Positions 56,401-64,000 of a DNA stretch of 64,000 bases are shown here, piece by piece (within the stretch, counting starts at the first letter, position 1; each line of letters begins with the position of its first letter). Origin of the DNA: Callorhinchus milii. Lineage: Eukaryota. The position numbers were made by a program, and so were the translations under genes. The notes below the pieces were generated by a model. That model was not told the origin of the DNA, made no database searches, and saw only the letters and a list, made by a program, of their open reading frames with translations. The DNA is taken from contig NW_024704742.1 of assembly GCF_018977255.1 (NCBI RefSeq), forward strand, positions 72,232,001-72,296,000, given 5' to 3'.

Positions 56401-59400
56401 AGAACCTTTTTACTTACTTGAAAATTGCTTTGAAGAGCTTCAGTGTGGGATGTCCCAAATCAGAACAGAGTCCATTACTTGACTGCAGGATACATATTTG
56501 TTCTGGCCATGTTTAAGAAGGAATCACTGAATACGGGGACAGCAGTGATTCAACAAAAATAATTCCTCTGAATTTCTGCAGATATTCAACATCCTTGGAA
56601 CAGCAGCAGAACCTCAACAATAGCTTTGAAAATCTAAGTTTTTTTGATTAAAAAATAAATACTGAATAGTCGCTTTGTAATATTTACTCAAAGTCCTACA
56701 CTGTTCAATAGCTGCAGGTGACTATGCTAGGGACAAGGCAAAGCCTTATCTAAACTGAAGAAAAGCTCATAGGATCTTAAATTTTGATGTTGAAGGGTCA
56801 GATATGTGAAGGAAAAAAAGGGAAATGTAGTTTCAATCCAAGGAAAGAAGTAATGTGCAGTCTTATTTCATTATTGAATGCTTACCTTCAACCAAGCCAG
56901 CGACAAAATATCTTCTGAAAAAGGTGGTTAATTGATTCAATGCAGCACCACAACATTGCCTGCACCAAAATATCGGCATTTTCGATGAGAAAAACGAATG
57001 AAAAAACCCCACTAAATTGTAAAACTTAGTCTGGATAATGAATAGAGATTACATCATTGCAGATCAACACACAAACACAAACCTAGGAAAGGAGTTTGCA
57101 ACAAAATGTTCTTGGATGTATTGAAGCATTAAAATGAGGATAATGCAAATATCTTTGCTATTCTGAAAAGAACAAGACCTTCATAAATTATCCTTTCATG
57201 CAGCACACAGAGTGCCTACAATTCCTCACATAATATTCCATTATCAGTTGTAATGGGAGAGAGATGGGGGGAAACGAAAGAACTAAGGAGTGAAAGGAAA
57301 ACCATGAAAACACATTTCATTTTAGATACTTCAACCCACTCTCCTGAATCAGGTTCATAAAGCCTACAGCCTCAGGAAATGGTGTCCAATCTGCTGACAT
57401 GTATCGATCCACAGCTAGTCTGCCTATCCACCTATCTGCATGGTGCCGACTTGGGTTCCAGAAGCATTGGTCTGTGATCAGTTTTATGTAAAATAAATCA
57501 TTGCTTTGATAAAATAACAGTGAGTCAACACCTCACACCAGTGCTCCATTAAATAATGCTGAAGTTAGCAGTATAGATTTTCTTTTGCAAGCCAGTAATT
57601 TTCCATCACAGGATGTTAAACTAAGCAATCTCTAGATTCTAGCACTAGCCTAAGCTTGAAAGGGTAATCAGCAATATTAATTCCTAAACTTAAATGTAAC
57701 CCACCCAGATTTAAAAATCAGACAAAACGCAAATACTGCAGATGTTGGAAATCTGAAACTTAAATCTTCAATTAAATCTGAAACACTCAGCAGGTCAGGT
57801 AGGTTCTATGGAAAGGAAAGTGAGTCAACGTTTCGGGTCCATGACCCTTCCTTTGTCAGAACTGTTTTTCCCGTTTTGTTGCAATCCCCACTTTGTTTTG
57901 CATCATTAACACCTCTTTAAACCATCATCCCCTGACCACTACTCCATTTTCTCCTTTATCTTCCTTGCCCTGCTTCCCCACTTTCTGTTAGTCCTTAAAA
58001 ACCTCTCCCTCCCAACATGCCCCAGTTCTGACGAAGGGTCGAGGGCCCGAAACGTCAACTCACTTTCTTTTTTCCATATAGATGTTGGCTGACCTACTGA
58101 GTGTCCCAGCGAATTCTGTTTTTGTTTAAAATCAGACAAAACTATTCATGGCTGGGTTGAACTTTACAGGAAACAAGTACATAGAATATGTGAAGTTCAG
58201 TGAGTTAATGTAATATGCTTTTCAGCAGTTACTTGAAAACGACTGCTGAATGAAGCAGAAACTCTTGGGTTTCCTCGGTCCTAAATATTGTCATAAACAT
58301 ACACGATGAAGATGTCTTGGAGATGATGTGCAGGAGAATGAGTCAGACACCTCAGAAGAGGAGGGGTGAAAATTAGCAGAAAAAACAGTGCATCAAAGTG
58401 AAATTATATTGTAGTGCTGTTCCCAAGGATACCCATATCCAGAACAGGAACATTGAGGAAAATGCTGATCCTTGTAGTGGAGTTTTAGCTAAGAGGGGAA
58501 AAATACAGATAGCCTCCACTATGTAGATACCTTAAATGACATTTAGGCCTAGATGGTATACATAGTCGAATTAGATAGATATATGTTTGATAGATAGGGG
58601 AGGGGAGAAAAAAACCCACAGAGTGGACCATACATTTCAAGCCAACTCTTCACACACTAACCCTTCCCTTTCTGAAAGTGCTGTAAAAGACTTGCAGCAG
58701 TGAGGGAGATATACAGAAAGCATGTAGAACATGGAGTGCTGCAATGCTGAACAACGTGACGAGACACCATCTGATCCACATTCGTGTGTCCAGATTTTAC
58801 TTAAATTCCAGCAACTGGTTAACTAAAAAGCCTCTGGACTTCAGTTTACTTTACTTAGTTGGTAACTTCACAGTAAAGCTCTTTAACAAGCTCGACTACG
58901 CAAACTCCATGCTTGTCAACTCCTCCCTCCACAAGCTGCAGATCATGCAGAACTTTGCAGCCCATGTCCTCTGCTGCACCAGACTCCGTGACCTTATCAC
59001 CACCATCCTCTCCCAACTCCACTGGTCCCCATCACTCAGAGGATACAGTTCAAGATCCTGGTCCTCACCTTCAAAGCCCTCCACTGCCTTGCTCCTCCGT
59101 ACCTGTGAACTCTAACCCCCTACCATGCCATGACCCGCTCTGCCTTTCCCCACCTCTGCAGCATCACCCAACTCCGCCACTGTCTCACACCGCAGGGCCG
59201 CTGAGACCCTCATACTTGCTTTCATAACATCCAGGCTTAACTATGTAAACTCCCTGCTTGTCGGCCTTCCAAACTCCTCCCTCCATAAGCTGCAGATCAT
59301 CCAGAACTCTGCAGCCCAACCTCTCCTACACCGTGACCCCATCAGTCCCATCCTCACCCGACTCCAATTGCTTCCCATCACAGAGAATACAGTTCAAGAT

Positions 59401-60321
59401 CCTGGTCCTCACCTTCAACCTCCACCATGGTCTTGCTCCCCGCTATTTCTGTGACCTCCTAACCCACTACCATCCTGCTCGCTCCCTCTGCTGAACGGGC
59501 TCTGGTCTGCTTCAAGTCCCCCACCTCGCCCACCCACCATTGACGGGCGGGCCTTCTGCCCCTCTACCCCCACCCTCTGGAACTCCACCCGCAGTCCCTC
59601 CGCCTCGCCCCCTCCCTTTGCCTCCTTCAAGACCCTCGTCTTCGACTGCGCCCACGGTCACCCTCCTACCCCTCCCCGCCTTGCTGATCCCAACCAGCAG
59701 CTCGGGTGCGGATCCCTGACTCTCCAGCGCCTTGGGACGTCCTCGTAAAACATAAGGAGGACACAGCTGTGTAAATGTAATTTGTTGTCGTGTAAACTAA
59801 ATTAATGATGGCGCCCCCGGGGGGGGGGGTGGGGGGGGCAGCGCAGAGCCGGTGCCTTTACAGCTCCTTCCTCAGGGAAACCCCGTCCCCGCACAGGAGA
59901 CCGACTCGAGCACCTGGAAGAGGTGGGGACTGGAAAGAGAGGCCTTCCCATCCTCTCCCTCCCTCCCTGGCCCGGACCTGCCTCGGGCTGAGGCTGTGCA
60001 GGGAGCGGCTGGAGCCGGGGGCGAGGGGCCGGGGATTCGGTCGGGACGAGTCGGGGGAACGCGAAGGCGAGTGGTCCGAGGCCCGGCAGCCATCTTGTGG
60101 AAGGTTCTAGACTCGGGGCGGCGACCCAAGGCGGCTCCGCGGCTGTGACTCTGTCTCCCGGTGTGAAATGGGCGCCGGGGCCGTCCCTACCTGCCGTGCG
60201 GCTCGGTGCCCGCGGGCCGCACCGCTCGGGTCTGTGTCGCTGGCTCTCTGCCCCACTCCCTCGCCACCGCCGCTCCGCGATCCTCTCCCGCCGCTGGTCC
60301 TCCAGTCCGGCCCCGACACAT
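8224..60321 (-). CDS. ZNF638: Multi-exon gene span: zinc finger protein 638 (NP220)-like, MATR3/RBM20/ZNF638 family; 3' end not found in window
   Basis: Spliced translation gives [42 protein letters not shown], then [11 protein letters not shown]...[11 protein letters not shown]...[15 protein letters not shown]...YPDWNP, an RS region and three RRM-like domains. This matches my recollection of ZNF638 domain order (MATR3 has two RRMs, RBM20 one). The upstream boundary depends on the inferred exon 1. Confidence 0.88.
8779..11365 (+). mobile_element. CR1-clade LINE, truncated at both ends and frameshifted: ORF1 esterase tail, APE endonuclease, RT
   Basis: [14 protein letters not shown] (ORF1 end), YLNARSI/ITETW/YRPP/GDFN/SDH (endonuclease), [44 protein letters not shown]. 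Confidence 0.95.
11365..14460 (-). mobile_element. Second CR1-clade LINE, decayed, convergent with the first; carries a SINE insertion
   Basis: ORF-track fragments from 14208..14399 down to 11348..11842 give the same endonuclease-to-RT motif order on the minus strand. Confidence 0.95.
12553..12863 (-). mobile_element. Same SINE family, nested in the minus-strand CR1
   Basis: Splits CR1 [10 protein letters not shown]; head gagtcctgtagctcagtgggtagagc. Confidence 0.9.
14726..14863 (-). CDS. ZNF638: RRM3 first exon ([46 protein letters not shown])
   Basis: Not in the ORF track; translated by hand. ctttatccatgtag|...AAG|gtaatg; 138 nt; VH..NLPEDG motif. Confidence 0.9.
15040..17338 (+). mobile_element. 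Young L2-clade LINE, 5'-truncated, with 595-aa RT ORF (15450..17237) and (TTG)n tail
   Basis: [78 protein letters not shown]. Confidence 0.95.
17885..17932 (-). CDS. ZNF638: 48-nt linker exon ([16 protein letters not shown])
   Basis: ttttctctctccag|...GAA|gtaagt; phase 0-0. Confidence 0.85.
18440..18801 (-). mobile_element. Same SINE family
   Basis: Head, core and tail all present on the minus strand. Confidence 0.85.
18916..19047 (-). CDS. ZNF638: RRM2 second exon ([44 protein letters not shown])
   Basis: tttttgttgacag|...ATG|gtgagg; 132 nt, phase 0-0. Confidence 0.9.
19325..19694 (-). mobile_element. Same SINE family
   Basis: Head gagtcctgcagcgtattggttagagc, core and tail present. Confidence 0.85.
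19806..19946 (-). CDS. ZNF638: RRM2 first exon ([47 protein letters not shown])
   Basis: tttgacttgcag|...CAG|gtgact; 141 nt, phase 0-0; NLP.KGY...LAKPFG motif. Confidence 0.9.
19961..21055 (-). mobile_element. 5'-truncated CR1 LINE with intact 3' UTR and (TTCTTATG)2 tail
   Basis: 309-aa RT C-terminal ORF at 20062..20991, followed by ggctcgaggggccgaatggcctactcctgctcctaattcttatgttcttatg. Confidence 0.95.
22320..23348 (+). mobile_element. L2 LINE 3' fragment
   Basis: [30 protein letters not shown]; tail gccttgggacgtcctcccgacgtgaaaa...ttgttgttg. Confidence 0.9.
23459..23752 (-). mobile_element. Same SINE family, interrupting an older dispersed repeat
   Basis: Head tgtagcccagtggttacagc; tail attatt. 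Confidence 0.85.
25630..27000 (+). mobile_element. L2 LINE fragment, internally deleted
   Basis: [39 protein letters not shown] and FHMYVDDT joined directly to an L2 tail. Confidence 0.85.
27005..27249 (-). mobile_element. Same SINE family, 5' two-thirds
   Basis: Head and core present; tail replaced by the adjacent L2 end. Confidence 0.8.
27272..28384 (+). mobile_element. Young L2 LINE 3' fragment, same family as 15040-17338
   Basis: Near-identical by eye to 16190-17338; (TTG)n tail. Confidence 0.93.
29134..29265 (-). CDS. ZNF638: RRM1 second exon ([44 protein letters not shown])
   Basis: tgtttgctacag|GCT; AFLEM RNP1-like motif; donor CTG|GTAAGG; 132 nt. Confidence 0.9.
29500..30338 (+). 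mobile_element. Decayed L2 LINE 3' fragment
   Basis: tgtggcgttcctcggggctctgtcctc, ttccacatg..gcggatgacacccaactcta, and L2 tail gacgtgaaaggcgctata. Confidence 0.85.
30482..30622 (-). CDS. ZNF638: RRM1 first exon ([47 protein letters not shown])
   Basis: Matrin-type RRM motif RVVHL..LP..GY...PFGKV; 141 nt; donor GAG|GTAATG. The acceptor is an AAG, so the exact start is less sure. Confidence 0.88.
30683..31200 (-). mobile_element. Full SINE (30683-31002, duplicated tail) plus adjacent 3' half of a second copy
   Basis: ataataatccttgcatttgata occurs twice in tandem; head gtcctgtagctcagtggttagagc at ~31000. Confidence 0.88.
31312..31485. repeat. 33-bp minisatellite, about 5 copies (acacaccacatgacatacaggcccagtaattac)
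   Basis: Directly visible; gives 11-aa periodicity in the ORF track. Confidence 0.95.
31536..31603 (-). CDS. ZNF638: 68-nt linker exon ([23 protein letters not shown])
   Basis: gtcttccag|...CAG|gtcagt; phase 1 to 0 exactly bridges the RS exon and the RRM1 exon. Confidence 0.75.
32987..33735 (-). CDS. ZNF638: Arg/Ser/Pro-rich (RS domain) exon
   Basis: ORF-track 32973..33749. Acceptor tttaccaatag| in phase 2; donor AAG|GTAGAG in phase 1 (moderate strength). Confidence 0.85.
34397..34435 (-). CDS. ZNF638: 39-nt exon ([12 protein letters not shown])
   Basis: ttttgtcttacag|...|gtaagt, phase 2-2; YPDWNP is the family motif after the zinc finger. Confidence 0.92.
34768..35055 (+). mobile_element. 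Same SINE family, with internal deletions
   Basis: ggcaagtttccttactccacac core and standard tail. Confidence 0.85.
35381..35442 (-). CDS. ZNF638: 62-nt exon, second half of zinc finger ([20 protein letters not shown])
   Basis: gtttcttgcag|...|gtgagg, phase 0 to 2; supplies the two His ligands after CxxC. Confidence 0.92.
39292..39615 (+). mobile_element. Same SINE family
   Basis: B-box gggtttgattccc, core and tail. Confidence 0.85.
41896..42946 (-). CDS. ZNF638: Large exon: Leu-rich segment, G/P/M-rich low-complexity region, matrin homology domain, first half of matrin-type zinc finger
   Basis: ORF-track 41851..42933. Acceptor ttttaactttcag|CTTTGCG at 42946; donor AGG|GTGAGT after 41896 (phase 0). 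First in-frame ATG within the exon is at 42741 (MSMFNARG). Confidence 0.93.
43750..44155 (+). mobile_element. Older Deu-domain SINE (SacSINE1/AmnSINE-like)
   Basis: Head tggctcagttggtagcactcttgcctctgagtcagaa; Deu-like core gttaaaccgagatcctgtc...aagatcccatggcactattcgaa. Related copies at ~4985-5185 (+), 1100-1340 (-), 51690-51910 (-) and 53390-53645 (+). Family name is from memory. Confidence 0.7.
45018..45362 (-). mobile_element. Same SINE family
   Basis: Full head to tail on the minus strand. Further partial copies at ~24590-24680, 25505-25620, 28505-28685, 38705-38810, 39825-40010, 46520-46690, 50450-50637 and 52735-52900. Confidence 0.85.
51500..51690 (+). mobile_element. Old CR1 3' fragment
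   Basis: TRGHNYK...[16 protein letters not shown]...[14 protein letters not shown]. Short CR1 tails also at ~25170-25265 and 49150-49285. Confidence 0.75.
55018..55077 (-). CDS. ZNF638: Candidate 60-nt symmetric cassette exon ([19 protein letters not shown])
   Basis: Acceptor ttttcctgtcatag|, consensus donor CAG|GTGAGT, stop-free in phase 2-2. No homology evidence. Confidence 0.4.
57729..58127. mobile_element. Penelope-like element remnant with inverted terminal segments and a 15-bp flanking direct repeat
   Basis: 57783-57864 is the imperfect reverse complement of 58023-58104; AAAATCAGACAAAAC at 57714-57728 and 58128-58142; contains a hammerhead core. Confidence 0.75.
58024..58060 (+). ncRNA. 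Minimal type I hammerhead ribozyme motif
   Basis: AGUU (stem I) - CUGACGA - A - GGGUC/GAG/GGCCC (stem II) - GAAACGUC - AACU (stem I'); palindromic ACGU in place of stem III. Confidence 0.75.
58890..59790 (+). mobile_element. Two adjacent decayed L2 3' fragments
   Basis: The LDY.NS...[10 protein letters not shown] segment appears at ~58890 and again at ~59230; tail cagcgccttgggacgtcctc. Confidence 0.8.
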
Positions 60322-60460
60322 CGAGCGCCAAGAGAGGGAACCGCGTGAACCACGCCGTGCGCAGCCAACACAGACGAGCGCCTATCCGGTCCCAATGCCA
60401 GCTCAGAGCTGCTGTCAGTCACTCCCTCGTTGTCACTCAACCCAGAGCCCCGCCCACTCC
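59810..60460 (-). promoter_or_regulatory. CpG island / promoter region of the minus-strand gene
   Basis: Sharp rise in GC and CpG; GC box ccccgccc at 60448-60455; CCAAT at ~60392-60396; YY1-like CAAGATGGCTGC at ~60086-60097 (minus). Confidence 0.8.
60191..60321 (-). CDS. ZNF638: Candidate exon 1, coding part ([43 protein letters not shown], phase 2)
   Basis: Lies in the CpG island. ATG at 60321-60319; donor CAG|GTAGGG after 60191; 131 nt = 43 codons + 2, matching the phase-2 acceptor at 42946. Confidence 0.5.
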
Positions 60461-63400
60461 CACCGTGACTGACTGTCACTCCCCCCACTCACTGTGACTG
60501 ACTGTCACTCCCCCCACTCACTGTGACTGACTGTCACTCCCCCCACTCACTGTGACTGACTGTCACTCCCCCCCACTCCCTCACTGTGACTGACTGTCAC
60601 TCCCCCCCCTCACTGTGACTGACTGTCACTCCCCCCACTCACTGTGACTGACTGTCACTCCCTCCCACTCCCTCACTGTGACTGACTGTCACTCCCTCCC
60701 ACTCCCTCACTGTGACTGACTGTCACTCCCTCCCACTCCCTCACTGTGACTGACTGTCACTCCCCCCACTCACTGTGACTGACTGTCACTCCCTCCCACT
60801 CCCTCACTGTGAATGACTGTCACTCCCCCCACTCACTGTGACTGACTGTCACTCCCTCCCACTCCCTCACTGTGACTGACTGTCACTCCCTCCCACTCCC
60901 TCACTGTGACTGACTGTCACTCCCCCCTCACTGTGACTGACTGTCACTCCCCCACTCACTGTGACTGACTGTCACTCCCCCCACTCACTGTGACTGACTG
61001 TCACTCCCCCCACTCACTGTGACTGACTGTCACTCCCCCACTCACTGTGACTGACTGTCACTCCCCCCACTCACTGTGACTGACTGTCACTCCCTCCCAC
61101 TCCCTCACTGTGACTGACTGTCACTCCCTCCCACTCCCTCACTGTGACTGACTGTCACTCCCTCCCACTCCCTCACTGTGAATGACTGTCACTCCCCCCA
61201 CTCACTGTGACTGACTGTCACTCCCTCCCACTCCCTCACTGTGACTGACTGTCACTCCCTCCCACTCCCTCACTGTGACTGACTGTCACTCCCTCCCACT
61301 CCCTCACTGTGACTGACTGTCACTCCCCCCCCACTCCCTCACTGTGACAGACTGTCACTCCCCCCCCTCACTGTGACTGACTGTCACTCCCCCCACTCCC
61401 TCACTGTGACTGACTGTCACTCCCTCCCACTCCCTCACTGTGACTGACTGTCACTCCTCCCCCTCACTGTGACAGACTGTCACTCCCTCCCACTCCCTCA
61501 CTGTGACTGACTGTCACTCCCCCCCCACTCCCTCACTGTGACTGACTGTCACTCCCCCCCCTCACTGTGACTGACTGTCACTCCCCCCACTCCCTCACTG
61601 TGACTGACTGTCACTCCCTCCCACTCCCTCACTGTGACTGACTGTCACTCCTCCCCCTCACTGTGACAGACTGTCACTCCCTCCCACTCCCTCACTGTGA
61701 CTGACTGTCACTCCCTCCCACTCCCTCACTGTGACTGACTGTCACTCCCTCCCACTCCCTCACTGTGACTGACTGTCACTCCTCCCCCTCACTGTGACTG
61801 ACTGTCACTCCCTCCCACTCCCTCACTGTGACTGACTGTCACTCAACCCACTCACTGTGACTGACTGTCACTCCCTCCCACTCCCTCACTGTGACTGACT
61901 GTCACTCCCTCCCACTCCCTCACTGTGACTGACTGTCACTCAACCCACTCACTGTGACTGACTGTCACTCCCTCCCACTCCCTCACTGTGACTGACTGTC
62001 ACTCAACCCACTCCACCAACAACAAGATTCCATTTATAGAGCGCCTTTCACGTCGGGAGGACGTCCCAAGGCACTCTACAGTTGGGTCAGGAACCGAGCA
62101 GGGGGGAAATGGTCAGGGTGAGGGGAGGGAAGGGAGGGGGCGAGGAGGGGGGAAATGGTCAGGGTGAGGGGAGGGAAGGGAGGGGGCGAGGAGGGGGGAA
62201 ATGGTCAGGGTGAGGGGAGGGAAGGGAGGGAGCGAGGAGGGGGAAGAGAGTCGAGAGGGGAGCTGAAGGCTCGGTCTAAGAGAAAGGTCTTGAGACCGGC
62301 CTTGAAGGAGGAAAGGGAGGAGGCGGCGAAGGCACTGGGGGATGGAGTTCCAGAGCCTGGGGGCTGAGAGGCTGAAGGCCCGGTCACCGATGGTAGGGCG
62401 GTTGGGGCGGGGGATGTGGAGCAGACCGGAGCCAGAGGAACGGAGGGTACGGGCAGGTAGGTAGGGGGATAGTAGGTCGGAGAGGTAGGAGGGAGCGAGG
62501 CTGTGAATGGCCTTGTAGGTGAGGATGAGGATCTTGAATTCGATCCTCTGGGGATGGGGAGCCAGTGGAGGCGAGCGAGGGTGGGAGTGATGTGGTCGCG
62601 GAGTCTGGTGCGGGACAGTACACGAGCTGCAGAGTTCTGAATGACCTGCAGTGTGGAGGGAGGTGCCGGGAAGGCCGGCGAGGAGAGAGTTCCCATAGTC
62701 CAGCCTTGAGGTGATAAAGGCGTGGACCAGGGTTTCAGCCGCGTGAGGGGTGAGGTAGTGCCGTAGTCTGGCGATATTCCGGCGGTGATGGAAGGCGGTG
62801 CCAGTTGTGGCGCGGATATGAGGGAGAAAGGATAGCTCAGGGTCCCCCCCTCACTGTGACTGACTGTCACTCACCCCACTCCCTCTCACTGCGACTAACT
62901 GTTACACACCCCCACTCCGTCACTGTGACAAACTGTAACTCCCTCCCACTCCCTCACTGTGACTGACTGTCACTCCCTCCCACTCCGTCACTATGACTGA
63001 CTGTCACTCCTTCCCAATCACTGTGACTGACTGTCACACCTCCCCTGCTCCATCACTGTAACTGACTGTCACTCCCTCCCATTCCCTCATTGCGACTGTC
63101 TCTCCCCCACCCCCCGACTGACTATCACTCCCCCTCACTCCCTCACTGTGACTGACTGTCACTCTCCCACTCCCTCACTGTGACTCACTGTCACTCCTCC
63201 CCCTCCACTGTAAGTGACTGTCACTCCCTCCCACTCCCTCACTGTGACTGACTGTCACACCCCCCTCACTGTGACTGACTGTAACTCCCCACTCCCTCAC
63301 TGTGACTGACTGTCACACCCCCCCCACTCCGTTCACTGTAACTGACTGCCACTCCCTCCCACTCCCTCACTGTGACTGATTGTCTCTCCCCCCCACTCCG

Positions 63401-63860
63401 ACTGACTGTCACACCCCTCTCACTGTGACTGACTGTCACACCCCCCTCACTGTGACTGACTGTCACACCCCCCTCACTGTGACTGACTGTCACTCCCCCC
63501 CCTCACTGTGACTGACTGTCACACCCCCCTCACTGTGACTGACTGTCACACCCCCCTCACTGTGACTGACTGTCACTCCCCCCCCCACTCCGTCACTGTG
63601 ACTGACTGTCACTCCCCCCCCCACTCCGTCACTGTGACTAACTGCCTCCCCCCCACTCCATCACTATGACTGACTGTCACTCCACTCCTCACTGTGACTG
63701 ACTGTCACTCTCTCCCAACTCTCTCACTCTGCTTGAGTGTCATTCCCCCCCACTCACTGTGACTGACTGTCACACCCTCCCACTCCCTCACTGTGACTGA
63801 CTGTCACTTCCTCCCACTCCTTCACGATGACTGATTGTCTCTCCCCCCACTCCGACTGTC
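60405..63860. repeat. Minisatellite array of ~25-32-bp units (CCCACTCCCTCACTGTGACTGACTGTCACT-like), interrupted by an L2 copy
   Basis: Directly visible; homogeneous at 60465-62010, more degenerate at 62845-63860. Confidence 0.97.
62016..62843 (-). mobile_element. Young L2 LINE 3' fragment inserted in the minisatellite
   Basis: Reverse complement of 16555-17335; tail caacaacaagattccatttata at the left end. Confidence 0.93.
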
Positions 63861-64000
63861 TGCCACAATCTAACTCTGACTCAGGGGTGAGAGTGTTACC
63901 ACCTGAGCCAGTCTGACACCAGATACAATTCACCCCTTGCCTGTGGGTAGGACATTCGTGTGTAAACAGACCAGCATGTTTGCCTGCACTTGACAATAAT

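Noticed and set aside
56886..56914. 29-nt candidate exon (cctttttcag|...GAAG|gtaagc)
   Set aside because: Plausible splice sites but frame-shifting, with no homology support; cannot be told from chance sites.
60405..63860. CRISPR-like array (repeats with an internal palindrome)
   Set aside because: No unique spacers and no cas genes; context is a vertebrate promoter. It is a minisatellite.

Overview
Eukaryotic (vertebrate) genomic DNA, not prokaryotic. The repeat set (CR1 and L2 LINEs, an abundant L2-tailed tRNA SINE, Deu-domain SINEs, a Penelope-type fragment) suggests a cartilaginous fish, but that is inference. One multi-exon gene runs across the window on the minus strand: a matrin-3-family RNA/DNA-binding protein, most probably ZNF638/NP220. 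I traced it by hand from a CpG-island first exon (~60.2-60.3 kb) through the large MH1/zinc-finger exon (41.9-42.9 kb), an RS-repeat exon and three RRM domains, down to 8.2 kb. All traced junctions are GT-AG and phase-consistent; the acidic C-terminus and second zinc finger were not found and probably lie left of the window. Most ORF-track entries are LINE fragments or noise. Main leads: (1) an RBM20-like leucine-rich N-terminal extension, open and in frame with AUGs in candidate first exons; (2) a Penelope-type inverted element with a minimal hammerhead ribozyme, intact antisense and disrupted on the gene's sense strand; (3) inverted CR1 copies flanking a 459-nt, stop-free, phase-0 exon block (circRNA configuration); (4) a CR1 tail that appears to supply an exon's branch point; (5) a 3.4-kb minisatellite next to the promoter.
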